From assembly GCA_031367385.1 (NCBI GenBank), contig JANLPS010000489.1:1-64000 (forward strand): a stretch of DNA of 64,000 nt, written 5' to 3'. Of the stretch, positions 14,300 through 23,557 are shown one piece after another (position 1 is the stretch's first letter; every line of letters starts with the position of its first letter). Position numbers and translations under genes: made by a program. The stretch is from Archangium sp. GTDB taxonomy: Bacteria; Myxococcota; Myxococcia; Myxococcales; Myxococcaceae. The notes below the pieces were generated by a model. That model had not been told where the DNA came from. It was given only the letters and a program-made list of their open reading frames with translations, and did no database searches.

Positions 14300-16720
14300 T
14301 TACTGGTTGACGCCGTCGAGGGTGAAGGTGCCACTCTGGCCAGGCGGGGTGCCGTTGCCACCGCTCACGACGACAGAGCCCGTATTCGCCGACTGCCCGA
14401 CGTACGACGTGAAAGAGACTTCTCCGCCCACGCCACCCTGCACGGTCGAATTGCCACCCGTCGCGGTGACCGCCGCTGAGTTGCTCGTCACCGTGCCCCA
14501 GAGAGAAACCGAGCCGCCGTAGCCGCCTGCCCCGGTCGCCGACCCTGCGTTCGCATGCAGGGCGCCGGTGTTCGTCACTGGGCCGTTGTTCGAATAGAGG
14601 TTGATCGAGCCGCCATTGCCGCCCGTGCTCGGCCCGCCCGACTGCGTGCCGCCATTGACCGAGACCGTGCCGTGGTTTTCGACACCCGACTCGCCCCCCA
14701 TGTTGAGATTACCGGCATAGGCGTACACCGGCTGCGAGCTCGAGTTGCCCGAGCCCAGCGTGATGTCGCCGTAGTTGATGACGGCCTCGGTGGCGTAGCC
14801 GAAGGGGTAGTCGGGCTGGGTGTTGAGGTTCACGCCCCTCGATCTGCCCGCGTTGCGGCCATCACCACCTCGGCTGGTGATCTTCACGTAGTTGACGACG
14901 CTCCCGCCAGGGCCGTAGGCGCTGTCGAAGATTCGACTCGAGGTGTTCGAGAGGTTGATGGTGCCCGAACGGCCACCGGTCTGATCGATGCTGGGGCCGC
15001 CGCTGCTGTCGATCTCGGCGTACCCGTACAAGATGAGCTGCTGGCCCGTGAGCACGTACCCCGGGTTGAGCTCGATGTTGATCGAGCCTGCGCTGCCACC
15101 GTTCGGCCCTTCGCCTCCGCTGGTGTCAACGTCGCCGCCGATGCGCATCGTGCGAGCGGCTCGCCCGTCTTGCGGGCTCCCGCGGAAGCTGATCGAGCCG
15201 CCTGACCCGCCCTGGTTTCCCGGAGCGTTCGAGGCAGCGCCACCCACGGTGATGACGGAGCCTGCCCACCTGAGCTCACCTCCAGCAGCTTGAATCGAGA
15301 CGGAGCTGCCCGAGCCTGCGACACAATCGATCGAGTTGCAGGCGCCGCCGCGCGCGATGATCTGCGCCGAGCCGATCAGGTCACCCGAGTTGGCATACAA
15401 GCCGATGCTGCTGGCACTGCCCGCGACGGGGCCGCTCCCGCCCGAGGCGTCAATGGAGCCAGCCACGAAGAGCGACGCGCAGTGCACCTGAACGTCACCG
15501 CCGGGCTGGCCGTTGTCGACGGCACTGCTGCCCCCGTTCGCTCTGATGGTGGCGGTCGACACGCACGTGTTCTGTGAATTCAAGTTGAACGCGCCGCCGC
15601 TGCCACTCGCACGGCCGAAGGTATCGACCCGGCCAGCCAGCACGATGCCGCCCCCCGCGTTGAGATTGAAGCTGCCGCCCGAGCCGCCATCGAGGCCCAC
15701 GACGACGATGGCCGCCGTGTCATCACTGACGTACGTGGCCGCAGAGATGCTCAACGAGGTGCCATTGATGGGGTCGGCGCCCTTGGTGAGAATCGTGCCG
15801 GCGTTCTTGAAGCTCTTCGCGATGACGAGTCTGGCGGCATTGCTGGTGACCGCGTCGATCGTCAGCACCGCGCCACTGGCAACAGAAATCGAGGTGACGA
15901 GGCCAGCGTCGGCTGAGTAGACGCGAGTGTCGTTCTGTACCTGAAAGTACGGCAAGCCCGAATCAACGCCGTCGATGAGCGCCGGGTACGAGGTCAACGT
16001 GTAGGTGCCAGTGACGGCCATCGGGTTCGCGCCCGCCACGAAAGCGAGCGTGGGTATTGAGAAGCCCGCATCGACCGAGCCGGTGTTGAACACCATCGTG
16101 TTGCCACCGAGCGAGCCTTGATCAAAATAAACGTCGATGGTCGACCCGTTGCCGCCGTTCGAGGTCGTGCCCGCGCCACCACGCGCGTACAAGTGAGAGG
16201 TGCCCACGGGGCCACCCGGAGGCGTGACCGACTGCGGGTAATACGGCTGAGTGCCGTTGCACACATTCTTCGAGCCGTCGACTTCACCGCTCTCGAGCGC
16301 GCCGTTGGCCGCGGTGCCCGCGCCGTCGCCGTTGTCGAGGCCGTAGTCGATTCGCACGCCACCGTTGGGGCACGCTGAATCGCCAGGGGGGAGAATGGTG
16401 GTGTTGATCAGCGACGCCGCGCCGTTCGCGCCCGCATCGCCGTTGCTGCCGTTGGCGCCGCTGCTCCCTGCTCCTCCAGTGGCGCCGGCAGCGCCCGTCG
16501 CGCCCGCTGGGCCATTGCACAACTCACTGCTCTGCGTCACCTCGCTCGCCTCGAGCGTGCCGTTGCCGTCGGTATCGGCCCCGGCAGAAATTTTCACGCC
16601 CCCCGTCGGGCACTTGGTGTCGGAGCTGACGTCGGTGAGCTGCGTGAGCACTGGCTTGGTCGCGCCGTTGTTGCAGGCGACGATCACCAGAGCGGCCGCG
16701 ATGAGGGTCGTTCTTTTCAT
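14300..16720 (-). CDS. Gly-rich surface lipoprotein (two Cys/Asp modules, collagen-like GXY stretch, beta-solenoid-like repeats), paralog A
   Basis: MKRTTLIAAALVIVAC lipobox; CPxGGVxIxxGxDxxxNGxLExxEVxxxxxxCNG twice; GATGAAGATG; many GGxGGxI/VxI repeats. Confidence 0.8.
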   Translation of the reverse strand: MKRTTLIAAALVIVACNNGATKPVLTQLTDVSSDTKCPTGGVKISAGADTDGNGTLEASEVTQSSELCNGPAGATGAAGATGGAGSSGANGSNGDAGANGAASLINTTILPPGDSACPNGGVRIDYGLDNGDGAGTAANGALESGEVDGSKNVCNGTQPYYPQSVTPPGGPVGTSHLYARGGAGTTSNGGNGSTIDVYFDQGSLGGNTMVFNTGSVDAGFSIPTLAFVAGANPMAVTGTYTLTSYPALIDGVDSGLPYFQVQNDTRVYSADAGLVTSISVASGAVLTIDAVTSNAARLVIAKSFKNAGTILTKGADPINGTSLSISAATYVSDDTAAIVVVGLDGGSGGSFNLNAGGGIVLAGRVDTFGRASGSGGAFNLNSQNTCVSTATIRANGGSSAVDNGQPGGDVQVHCASLFVAGSIDASGGSGPVAGSASSIGLYANSGDLIGSAQIIARGGACNSIDCVAGSGSSVSIQAAGGELRWAGSVITVGGAASNAPGNQGGSGGSISFRGSPQDGRAARTMRIGGDVDTSGGEGPNGGSAGSINIELNPGYVLTGQQLILYGYAEIDSSGGPSIDQTGGRSGTINLSNTSSRIFDSAYGPGGSVVNYVKITSRGGDGRNAGRSRGVNLNTQPDYPFGYATEAVINYGDITLGSGNSSSQPVYAYAGNLNMGGESGVENHGTVSVNGGTQSGGPSTGGNGGSINLYSNNGPVTNTGALHANAGSATGAGGYGGSVSLWGTVTSNSAAVTATGGNSTVQGGVGGEVSFTSYVGQSANTGSVVVSGGNGTPPGQSGTFTLDGVNQ

Positions 16721-16801
16721 GGGGCGCACCAGACCGATTTTCACAACTGTCGTCAGTGAAAGAGTTGGCGCCTGAAGTGCGCAGGAGGCGTACCCCCCCC
16801 C

Positions 16802-16839
16802 AAAAAAAACCGTGGAGCGCGGTGTCTTGCGCTCCACGG
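16802..16839 (-). terminator. Intrinsic terminator downstream of the second Gly-rich lipoprotein
   Basis: Perfect 11-bp stem CCGTGGAGCGC/GCGCTCCACGG, 8-nt loop, T8 on the minus strand; near-copy of the 14237-14274 element. Confidence 0.85.
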
Positions 16840-16868
16840 CTTTCACTTCGAGAGACTCAAACAGCGCG

Positions 16869-19316
16869 TTACGGAGCCACGCGCTCGCCATCGATTTCGA
16901 TGGAGCCGTCGGTGCCCTTCGGCGTGCCATTGCCGCCGGTGGCCGTGGCCGCGCCGGTCACGCTGGTCTTGCCCGCCGTCGAGAAGAAGGTGAGGTCACC
17001 GCCCGAACCACCTGCCGCGGCCGAATTGCCTCCGTTGGCGCTCACGTCACCCGTGCTGGTGACGAGCTCACCGCGCAGCTCGACGTAGCCGCCGTTTCGG
17101 CCCGCACCGGTCGCCGACCCGCCATTCGCGCGAATCGTGCCGGGGTTGTCGAGCGTGCCGTGCCAGGCTTGCAGGGAGATGTACCCGCCCGCGCCGCTTG
17201 GTGAAGGGCCACCCGACTGCGTGCCACCGTTCGAGATCAAGCGCCCGTGATTTTCAAGGTGGGTCATCGCGCTCAACGAAAGGTAGCCGCCTTGCCAGAT
17301 GGTGCTGGTGCTCGAGCTGGCATCACCACCGCTGACGTCGACGTCGCCGAAGTTGAGCACCTGCTCGTTCTGAACCCCGAAGGCATATTCGTCTTGGGTG
17401 CTCATGGAGGCATTGCCCGGCCGCCCTCCCGACGAACCGTTGCCGCCTCGCGCGGTGAGCTTCGCGTAATTGACGACGCCTCCACCCGGGCCGCTCACGT
17501 TGTCATGAATGGTGCTGTACCTGTTGTAGAAGTTGATCGACCCGCCAGTGCCGCCCGACGTGTTGCTGCCCTGCCCGCCGCTGGAGTCGACGTCGGTGTA
17601 CCCGAACAACGCGACCTCTTGCCCGTGGGGGAAGTAGTAGGGGTTCGAGTTGATCGAGATCTGGCCGCCATTGCCGCCTGACCCCGAGGCATCTCCGCCC
17701 TCGCTGATCAGATTGCCTGCGATCTGGAGCGACCCGGTGATGAACGAGCCGCGCTCGCCATTCGACGGGGAGTAGGACTCGTTCAGGCTGAAGCTGATCG
17801 ACCCGCCCGAGCCGCCGCTGTCGCCCGACGCGCCGCCTGAGGCCACGACCGCTGCGTTCCACCGCAGCTCGCCACCCGAGGCCCGAATGTTCACCGAGCC
17901 ACCACTGCCGGCTCCGTTTTCGGTCTCAGTGCTGCTGCCGCCGCGGGCCGTGATCGCGCCCGAGCCCCGCACCGAGCCCTGCGTTGCAGCCAGAGTCACG
18001 TCACCCGCGCCGCTGCCGACCGGCCCCGAACCACCAGAGCTGTCGATCGCGCCCGAGGTCGATAGGCTTCGACACCGAATCGAGACCGACCCACCGCTGC
18101 CGGTGCGATCGCTCGCCGAGCCGCCGAAGGTGCGAATTGCGCCCGTGTTGAAGCAGTCGCCGGTGGTATTGATCTGCACGTCCCCACCGCTCGCGCCACC
18201 GCGCCCAGAGGCGGCCAAGGTACCTTCGTTGGCGAAGGTCGACATGGTCGAGATCGAGATGCCACCGCCGGTACCGCCATCGAGGCCCTCGGTCGAGACC
18301 GACGAGCCAGGGCCGCCGGTGTACTTCGATGCGGAGATCGACAGCGTGGTGCCGTTGAGCGCATCAGGCGTCGCCACGATGTTGCCCGCGTTGGCCAGGC
18401 CCTGCTCGACGTTGATCGAAGCGCCGTTGCCGGGCAGCGTGGTGAGCCTCAAGGTCTTGGTCGCGGCGATTGACAGGGCGGTGACCACCCCGGCATCGCT
18501 CTGGTACACGCGCCCGTCTCCGACCAGTTGAAAGTACGACTTGCCTGAAGTCAGGCCGCTCTGAAGGTCGACGTAGCTCACCAGCTCGGTGTCGATGCTG
18601 ATGGTCAACGGGTTCTTGCCGGCCGCGAAGGCGACCGTGGGTACGGTAAAGCCCGCGTCGACGGTGCCGGTCTTGAAGATTTTCACGTGGCCGCCAAGCG
18701 AGCCGCTGCCGAGCGACACGTTGATGCTAGCTCCGTTGCCGCCGTTTCTGCCGCTACCGCCGCGCGATGAAATGCGAGCCGTGCCATCGGGGCCTGGCGG
18801 AGGCGTGACCGATTGCGGGTAATACGGAGTGCCTCCGTTGCAGATGTTCTTGGTACCGGTGATTTCGCCGCTCTCGAGCGTGCCGTTGTTCGCGATGCCG
18901 CCACCCGCACCGTTGTCGATGCCGTAGTCGACTCGCACGCCGCCGTTCACGCACGCCGTGTCGCCGGTGGCCAGGAGGGTGGTGTTGATCAACGACGGAG
19001 CGCCGTTGGCCCCCGCATCGCCCGCGCTGCCTGCAGCGCCAGTGGCTCCGGTTGCGCCGGTCGCTCCCGTGGCGCCTGCCGCGCCCATGCCTGCTGGGCC
19101 AGCGGGGCCGTTGCAGAGCTCACTGCTCTGCGTGACCTCGCTCGCCTCGAGCGTGCCGTTGCCATCGGTGTCGGCGCCAGCGGAGATCTTCACGCCACCC
19201 GTCGGGCATTTGGTGTCAGCGGTGACATCGGTAAGCTGCGTGAGCACGGGCTTGGTCGCGCCGTTGTTACATGCGACGATCGCCAGTGCGGCTGCGAGGA
19301 CGGTTGTTCTTTTCAT
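16869..19316 (-). CDS. Gly-rich surface lipoprotein, paralog B
   Basis: MKRTTVLAAALAIVAC lipobox; colinear with paralog A; collagen-like GATGATGATGATG. Confidence 0.8.
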   Translation of the reverse strand: MKRTTVLAAALAIVACNNGATKPVLTQLTDVTADTKCPTGGVKISAGADTDGNGTLEASEVTQSSELCNGPAGPAGMGAAGATGATGATGATGAAGSAGDAGANGAPSLINTTLLATGDTACVNGGVRVDYGIDNGAGGGIANNGTLESGEITGTKNICNGGTPYYPQSVTPPPGPDGTARISSRGGSGRNGGNGASINVSLGSGSLGGHVKIFKTGTVDAGFTVPTVAFAAGKNPLTISIDTELVSYVDLQSGLTSGKSYFQLVGDGRVYQSDAGVVTALSIAATKTLRLTTLPGNGASINVEQGLANAGNIVATPDALNGTTLSISASKYTGGPGSSVSTEGLDGGTGGGISISTMSTFANEGTLAASGRGGASGGDVQINTTGDCFNTGAIRTFGGSASDRTGSGGSVSIRCRSLSTSGAIDSSGGSGPVGSGAGDVTLAATQGSVRGSGAITARGGSSTETENGAGSGGSVNIRASGGELRWNAAVVASGGASGDSGGSGGSISFSLNESYSPSNGERGSFITGSLQIAGNLISEGGDASGSGGNGGQISINSNPYYFPHGQEVALFGYTDVDSSGGQGSNTSGGTGGSINFYNRYSTIHDNVSGPGGGVVNYAKLTARGGNGSSGGRPGNASMSTQDEYAFGVQNEQVLNFGDVDVSGGDASSSTSTIWQGGYLSLSAMTHLENHGRLISNGGTQSGGPSPSGAGGYISLQAWHGTLDNPGTIRANGGSATGAGRNGGYVELRGELVTSTGDVSANGGNSAAAGGSGGDLTFFSTAGKTSVTGAATATGGNGTPKGTDGSIEIDGERVAP

Positions 19317-19554
19317 GGCGCGAACCAAAACTCGTGGTGCGAACCACGTCGCTGTCGTTTTTCGTCGCCGCTGTACGACTCACGCACACGTCATCGAAGA
19401 AAAAGTCAGCACCCGCGGCAAAAATCTTGCGCTGTTTCAGGTCTTTCGCAGGCCGACCACTTCGCCGGTACCGTCGGGCAAGAAGAAGTCGGTTTCGCCG
19501 GCTCATCGAACCATCTTCTTCGATGATGTCGACGTCGACGCCGCACCCGGTCGG

Positions 19555-19770
19555 GGGAGCCGCGAAGTGATCAGCGGTCGGCGTCGTGCCGCTCAGCGCG
19601 AGCGTGATGCGCCGCAGCTGACGGGTCGGGCTGACCAGGTCGGTGGGCGCCGCTGGGGCTTGCGGTATCGGGCAGGTGGCTTGCGCGAAGACCGTGGCGC
19701 TCGACATCGCCAACACGAGCGAGAGACGGGAGATCACGGCGAGGGTGTGTGCAAAGCCCCGGTCGCGCAC
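19555..19770 (-). pseudogene. Truncated N-terminus of a secreted protein with a DUF1549/DUF1553-like motif
   Basis: Signal-peptide-like stretch, then SPTRQLRRITLALSGTTPT (like LRRxxLDLxGxxPT); the sequence after it looks non-coding. Confidence 0.4.
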
Positions 19771-19793
19771 GGGGCGTCGCGGAAGCCGAACGT

Positions 19794-21002
19794 TCAGCTC
19801 TTGAATCGGGCCAGCAGCGCGCGCGCCGAGCCCCAGCGCGGGTCGGTGGTCTCATTCAAGAAGTCTTCAGCGCGCGCAACCGACTCGGCGGTGGGGTGAA
19901 AATCTTGGCGCGCGGCGAGGCTGTTCAGAATCGACAACGCCTGCGAGCGATGAGAGCGCAAGGCCACCAGCCACGCCGGGCGCGGTTGCTGCGAGACCTG
20001 ATCAGTCACCAGCTCGTTCGGGTTCGCGCCGTGCGAGAAGAGCTGTGCGAACACATCATGCGGCGGAGTGCGCCCGGCGTACCGGCGGTGCGCTTCGGTG
20101 ATCAACCCTGGCTTGGCGATGGCCCCGAGCGCGAAGAGGTTTCGCAGGTTCTCGCTCGAGGCCAGGTGCGCGTGCAGCACCGTCTGGCCATCGAGGTCTT
20201 CGGCGTTCGGGTCGGCGTGTGCGGCGAGCAACGTGCGCACCGCTTCGGGGTCACTCTGGCGCATCAACGCCGTCTGCCCCGCTGCGTTGCGGCGGTTCGG
20301 GTCGGCGCCGAGCACGATGAGGTCGGCGGTGAGCGACGCATAACGGGGCGTCATCAACGGCGTGTTGCCGAGGTCGTCGACGCTGTCGGGGTTCGCTCCG
20401 TGCGAGAGCAAGCGCTGCGCGTCATCAACCGAGAGCACGAACATCAGCGGTGCCACGCCGTGCTGCAGCGGTGACCCCAAGCCCTCGGCCCATCGCGTCG
20501 CCGGCAACGAGAGCAGCTGCAGCACGCCGTCGGGGCTCGAAGAGATGGTCGAAGGCGCGTTGACGTTCGCTCCGGCGTCAACGAGGTGGCGAAAGGCGCC
20601 CATCGAGCGGGGGCCTGCCATCGCCGCCAAGCCCAGCGGGGTCACGCCCTCGCGGTCGGCCAAATCGAGGTCGACGCCAGCCGCTTTCAGCTTGCCGAAC
20701 AGGCTCGCCGGCGGAGTCGCGTGCTGCATGCCAGCCCACGCATCGAGCTCGTTGCGGGCCAGGTCGCTCACCAGGCGGTGGGCTGCGTTGCGGCCGTGCT
20801 CGTCGATGAAGTCGACGCCCACGTGGTGGTCGAGCATCTCGGCAATGACCGCTGATTGCCGCGTGTCGAGCGCGAGCGCCCTCGCCCGGTGCCCTTCGGC
20901 GGGGGTCATGATGCTGCCCTCTTCGAGAAGCGCTCGCACGGTGTTCGGCGCGAAGTCCCACTCACCCGATTTGAGAAGCTCGAACAACCCGTTGGTCGGC
21001 AT
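19794..21002 (-). CDS. Ankyrin repeat protein
   Basis: GRNAAH, GVTPLGLAA, GANPDSVDDLGNTPL, GADPNRRNAAGQTAL, ADPNAEDLDGQTVLH. Confidence 0.85.
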   Translation of the reverse strand: MPTNGLFELLKSGEWDFAPNTVRALLEEGSIMTPAEGHRARALALDTRQSAVIAEMLDHHVGVDFIDEHGRNAAHRLVSDLARNELDAWAGMQHATPPASLFGKLKAAGVDLDLADREGVTPLGLAAMAGPRSMGAFRHLVDAGANVNAPSTISSSPDGVLQLLSLPATRWAEGLGSPLQHGVAPLMFVLSVDDAQRLLSHGANPDSVDDLGNTPLMTPRYASLTADLIVLGADPNRRNAAGQTALMRQSDPEAVRTLLAAHADPNAEDLDGQTVLHAHLASSENLRNLFALGAIAKPGLITEAHRRYAGRTPPHDVFAQLFSHGANPNELVTDQVSQQPRPAWLVALRSHRSQALSILNSLAARQDFHPTAESVARAEDFLNETTDPRWGSARALLARFKS

Positions 21003-21101
21003 GGCTGTACAGAAGGTTGACGGTCGCATCTTGGCTCACCTCTTCAAGTCATTGAAATCAGGCAGTTATTTTGAGGGCGGCGCGCGCTATAACGCCGCCT
21101 C

Positions 21102-21497
21102 ATGCAAAAACTCGTGTCGTTTGGGTTCGTGGCCTTCGTGGTGGTGGTGGCAGCGCGGTGGGCGATGATCTCGTTCGACGACGCAGCCCTCTCGAATGAG
21201 ATGACCGGCGTGCCCGGCAGCATTGCCAGTCTCGAGAACCATGCCCCGGCCATCGCGTCGGTCATCGGGGAGCGCGCAGAGAAGGCGCACTGCGCTGTGA
21301 TTGAAGACGGCATCAAGGTCGACCTGGCTGACGTCGTGGTGCGCGGCAAGCCGCCCAACGAGCAGTACTGGCAGAAGGTCGATTTGAGCCTGAAGTGCAA
21401 ACGCAAGAACGCGCTGTTCATGCTGCGCACCCTCGAGCTCAAAGCCTCGATGGACATGATGGTTCAGGGCGGTCACGAAGATCACTTCCCCCGATGA
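21102..21497 (+). CDS. Hypothetical protein with N-terminal membrane anchor
   Basis: Hydrophobic N-terminus, GC3-rich codons; stop overlaps the next start (ATGA). Confidence 0.65.
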   Translation: MQKLVSFGFVAFVVVVAARWAMISFDDAALSNEMTGVPGSIASLENHAPAIASVIGERAEKAHCAVIEDGIKVDLADVVVRGKPPNEQYWQKVDLSLKCKRKNALFMLRTLELKASMDMMVQGGHEDHFPR

Positions 21498-22324
21498 CGG
21501 TGACACCTTCCCTCCGGGCGGGGCTCGAGACGCTGCGACTGGGCAATGGGCACGCGTGCGTCGAGGTGTGCCCGGCCCGAGGCGCGTTGGTGACCAGCTT
21601 CGTCAGCCAAGGTGACGAGCTGCTCTTTCTCGATGAGGCCACCTTCGCCGACACGTCGAAGAACGTGCGCGGCGGAGTGCCGATTCTCTTTCCACTCGCG
21701 GGGGCCGCTCCGGCCGGGTCGGCGATGAAGCAGCACGGCTTTGCGCGCACGGCGCAGTGGGCTCAGCTCGAAGCGACAGACGCGCGAATCGTGCTGGGCC
21801 TGGTGTCATCGGCCGCGACGAGGGCGCTCTTCGCGCATGACTTCGAGCTGCGATACGCGATTGCGCTCGAGGGCGCCGCGCTGCGGCTCGAGTGGGTGGT
21901 GCGCAACACGGGTGACGACGCCTGGCCACTGCAGCTCGGGCTGCACCCGTATTTTCGAGTGCCGGTGGCGCAGAAGGCCAAGGCCCGGGTCGAGAGCGAT
22001 GCGACGCGTGCGTATGACAACCGGGCGAAGGCCTTCGTCGAGGTGACCGAACCACTGCCGCTGGGCGGTGGTGATGAGGTCGACGTGCACTTCTTGAATC
22101 ATTCGTCTGCGGGCACGGTGCTGCACCGCGGTGACGGGTCAGCGATTCGACTCGAGTGGTCGAGCACCTTTCACACCCTGGTGACGTGGACGCTACCGGG
22201 TCAGCCGTTCATCTGCGTCGAGCCGTGGAGCAGCCCGTCGCTGCCCGCGCGCGACGGAGCGCCATTGCCAATGCTGCGGCCGGGTGACGAAGCGAAGTTC
22301 GAGCTGCTCCTCCGTTCGTCCTGA
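21494..22324 (+). CDS. Aldose 1-epimerase / galactose mutarotase-like protein
   Basis: RGGVPILFP, QHGFAR, LGLHPYF, FICVEPW. Confidence 0.9.
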   Translation: MTVTPSLRAGLETLRLGNGHACVEVCPARGALVTSFVSQGDELLFLDEATFADTSKNVRGGVPILFPLAGAAPAGSAMKQHGFARTAQWAQLEATDARIVLGLVSSAATRALFAHDFELRYAIALEGAALRLEWVVRNTGDDAWPLQLGLHPYFRVPVAQKAKARVESDATRAYDNRAKAFVEVTEPLPLGGGDEVDVHFLNHSSAGTVLHRGDGSAIRLEWSSTFHTLVTWTLPGQPFICVEPWSSPSLPARDGAPLPMLRPGDEAKFELLLRSS

Positions 22325-22339
22325 GCGAAGTCGAAGGAC
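22312..22339. repeat. REP-like short palindromic element
   Basis: CCGTTCGTCCTGAGCGAAGTCGAAGGAC: GTCCT...AGGAC stem around TGAGC-N3-GTCGAA; lies between convergent genes and supplies the upstream TGA. Confidence 0.55.
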
Positions 22340-22350
22340 CCTCTCTTCAC

Positions 22351-23553
22351 CTACGCCAACTCAAACGTGACGCCAGCGTGCTTGACCAACCGCTCAATCA
22401 ACGCATCACCCATCACGGTCGCCGGAGTCCAGAACCCTCCCGCGCTCTTGGTCTCGGCCAGGGCCAGCCCCGCCTGCACCACCATCTTCGCCGTCGAGCC
22501 GTACCCCGGGTCGCGATCTCCGGTCACCTTCGCGCGCAGCGACTTCCCGTCGGCGGTCTTGCCGAACAATCGAAAATCCCAAAAGCCGCGAGCCTGAGCG
22601 TCGGGGCTCGGGCCTTCACCTGGCTTGGGCAGTACGAAGCGGCTCAACGCCCAGCGCACCGAAGGCACCGCCGCCGCGCCCATGAAGACTCCCAAGCCGG
22701 CGGTCAACCCGAGTGAGCGAACCCGGCCACGCACGCCACGCCCCATCAGCATCGCCTCGTCGTAGCGAAACTCGCTGCCGTACCGATGGCCGCTCAGCGC
22801 GTTCGAGCGGTGCACGATGCGGCTGTTGATCGCCGCCATCACGAACGGCGCGGTGAACGCCTTGAAGTCAGCGTCGTACCCGGTCGCGTTGAGGCTCGGT
22901 TGGCGAACCTTCGAGCGGTCAGCTCCCGCGGGGCAGAGTGAATACGGGTCGGCGAGCTCGCGGCGAACGGCGCTGTTGGTGCTGGCCTCTTCGACCAGGT
23001 TCATCAGCGAGGCATAGGTGCCACCCGAGACCGCGCCGCGTACTGCTTTGACGCGCGTCTTGAACCGTTCGAGCGGCTGGCCGAAGCGTTCGATGGCGGC
23101 GCGTTGCAAGAAATGCACACCCAAATCTGAGGGCAACGAATCGAACCCGCAGCAGTGCACGATTCGCGCGCCCGACGCTTTGGCCGCTGCTTCGTGACGC
23201 TCGATCATTTGGCGAACCCACTGGGCTTCGCCGGTGAGGTCGCAACAGTCGGTGCCGGTGGTCGCACACACCTCGACCAGCGGCGACCCGTACAGCGCGT
23301 AGGGGCCCACCGTCGAGATCACCACTTTGGTCTGCAGGCACATCGCCTTGAGCGCGGGCTGATCAGCGGCATCGGCGACCAACAGCTCGATGTCTTTTGC
23401 GGCGTCACCCAGGCCCGTGCGCACCTCACGGAGCTTTGTCTCAGAGCGCCCGGCCATCGCCCACTTCACTTCGCCTGCTTCGAGCAGAACCCGGCAGATG
23501 ATTTGCCCGACGAAGCTGGTGGCACCGAAGACGATCAGATCGAGGCGTCGCAT
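22351..23553 (-). CDS. Saccharopine dehydrogenase-like / trans-acting enoyl reductase family oxidoreductase
   Basis: FGATSFVG, AGRS, STVGPYALYG, DLTGE, CCGFDSLPSDLG, GDRDPGYGSTAKM. Confidence 0.9.
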   Translation of the reverse strand: MRRLDLIVFGATSFVGQIICRVLLEAGEVKWAMAGRSETKLREVRTGLGDAAKDIELLVADAADQPALKAMCLQTKVVISTVGPYALYGSPLVEVCATTGTDCCDLTGEAQWVRQMIERHEAAAKASGARIVHCCGFDSLPSDLGVHFLQRAAIERFGQPLERFKTRVKAVRGAVSGGTYASLMNLVEEASTNSAVRRELADPYSLCPAGADRSKVRQPSLNATGYDADFKAFTAPFVMAAINSRIVHRSNALSGHRYGSEFRYDEAMLMGRGVRGRVRSLGLTAGLGVFMGAAAVPSVRWALSRFVLPKPGEGPSPDAQARGFWDFRLFGKTADGKSLRAKVTGDRDPGYGSTAKMVVQAGLALAETKSAGGFWTPATVMGDALIERLVKHAGVTFELA

Positions 23554-23557
23554 CGCT

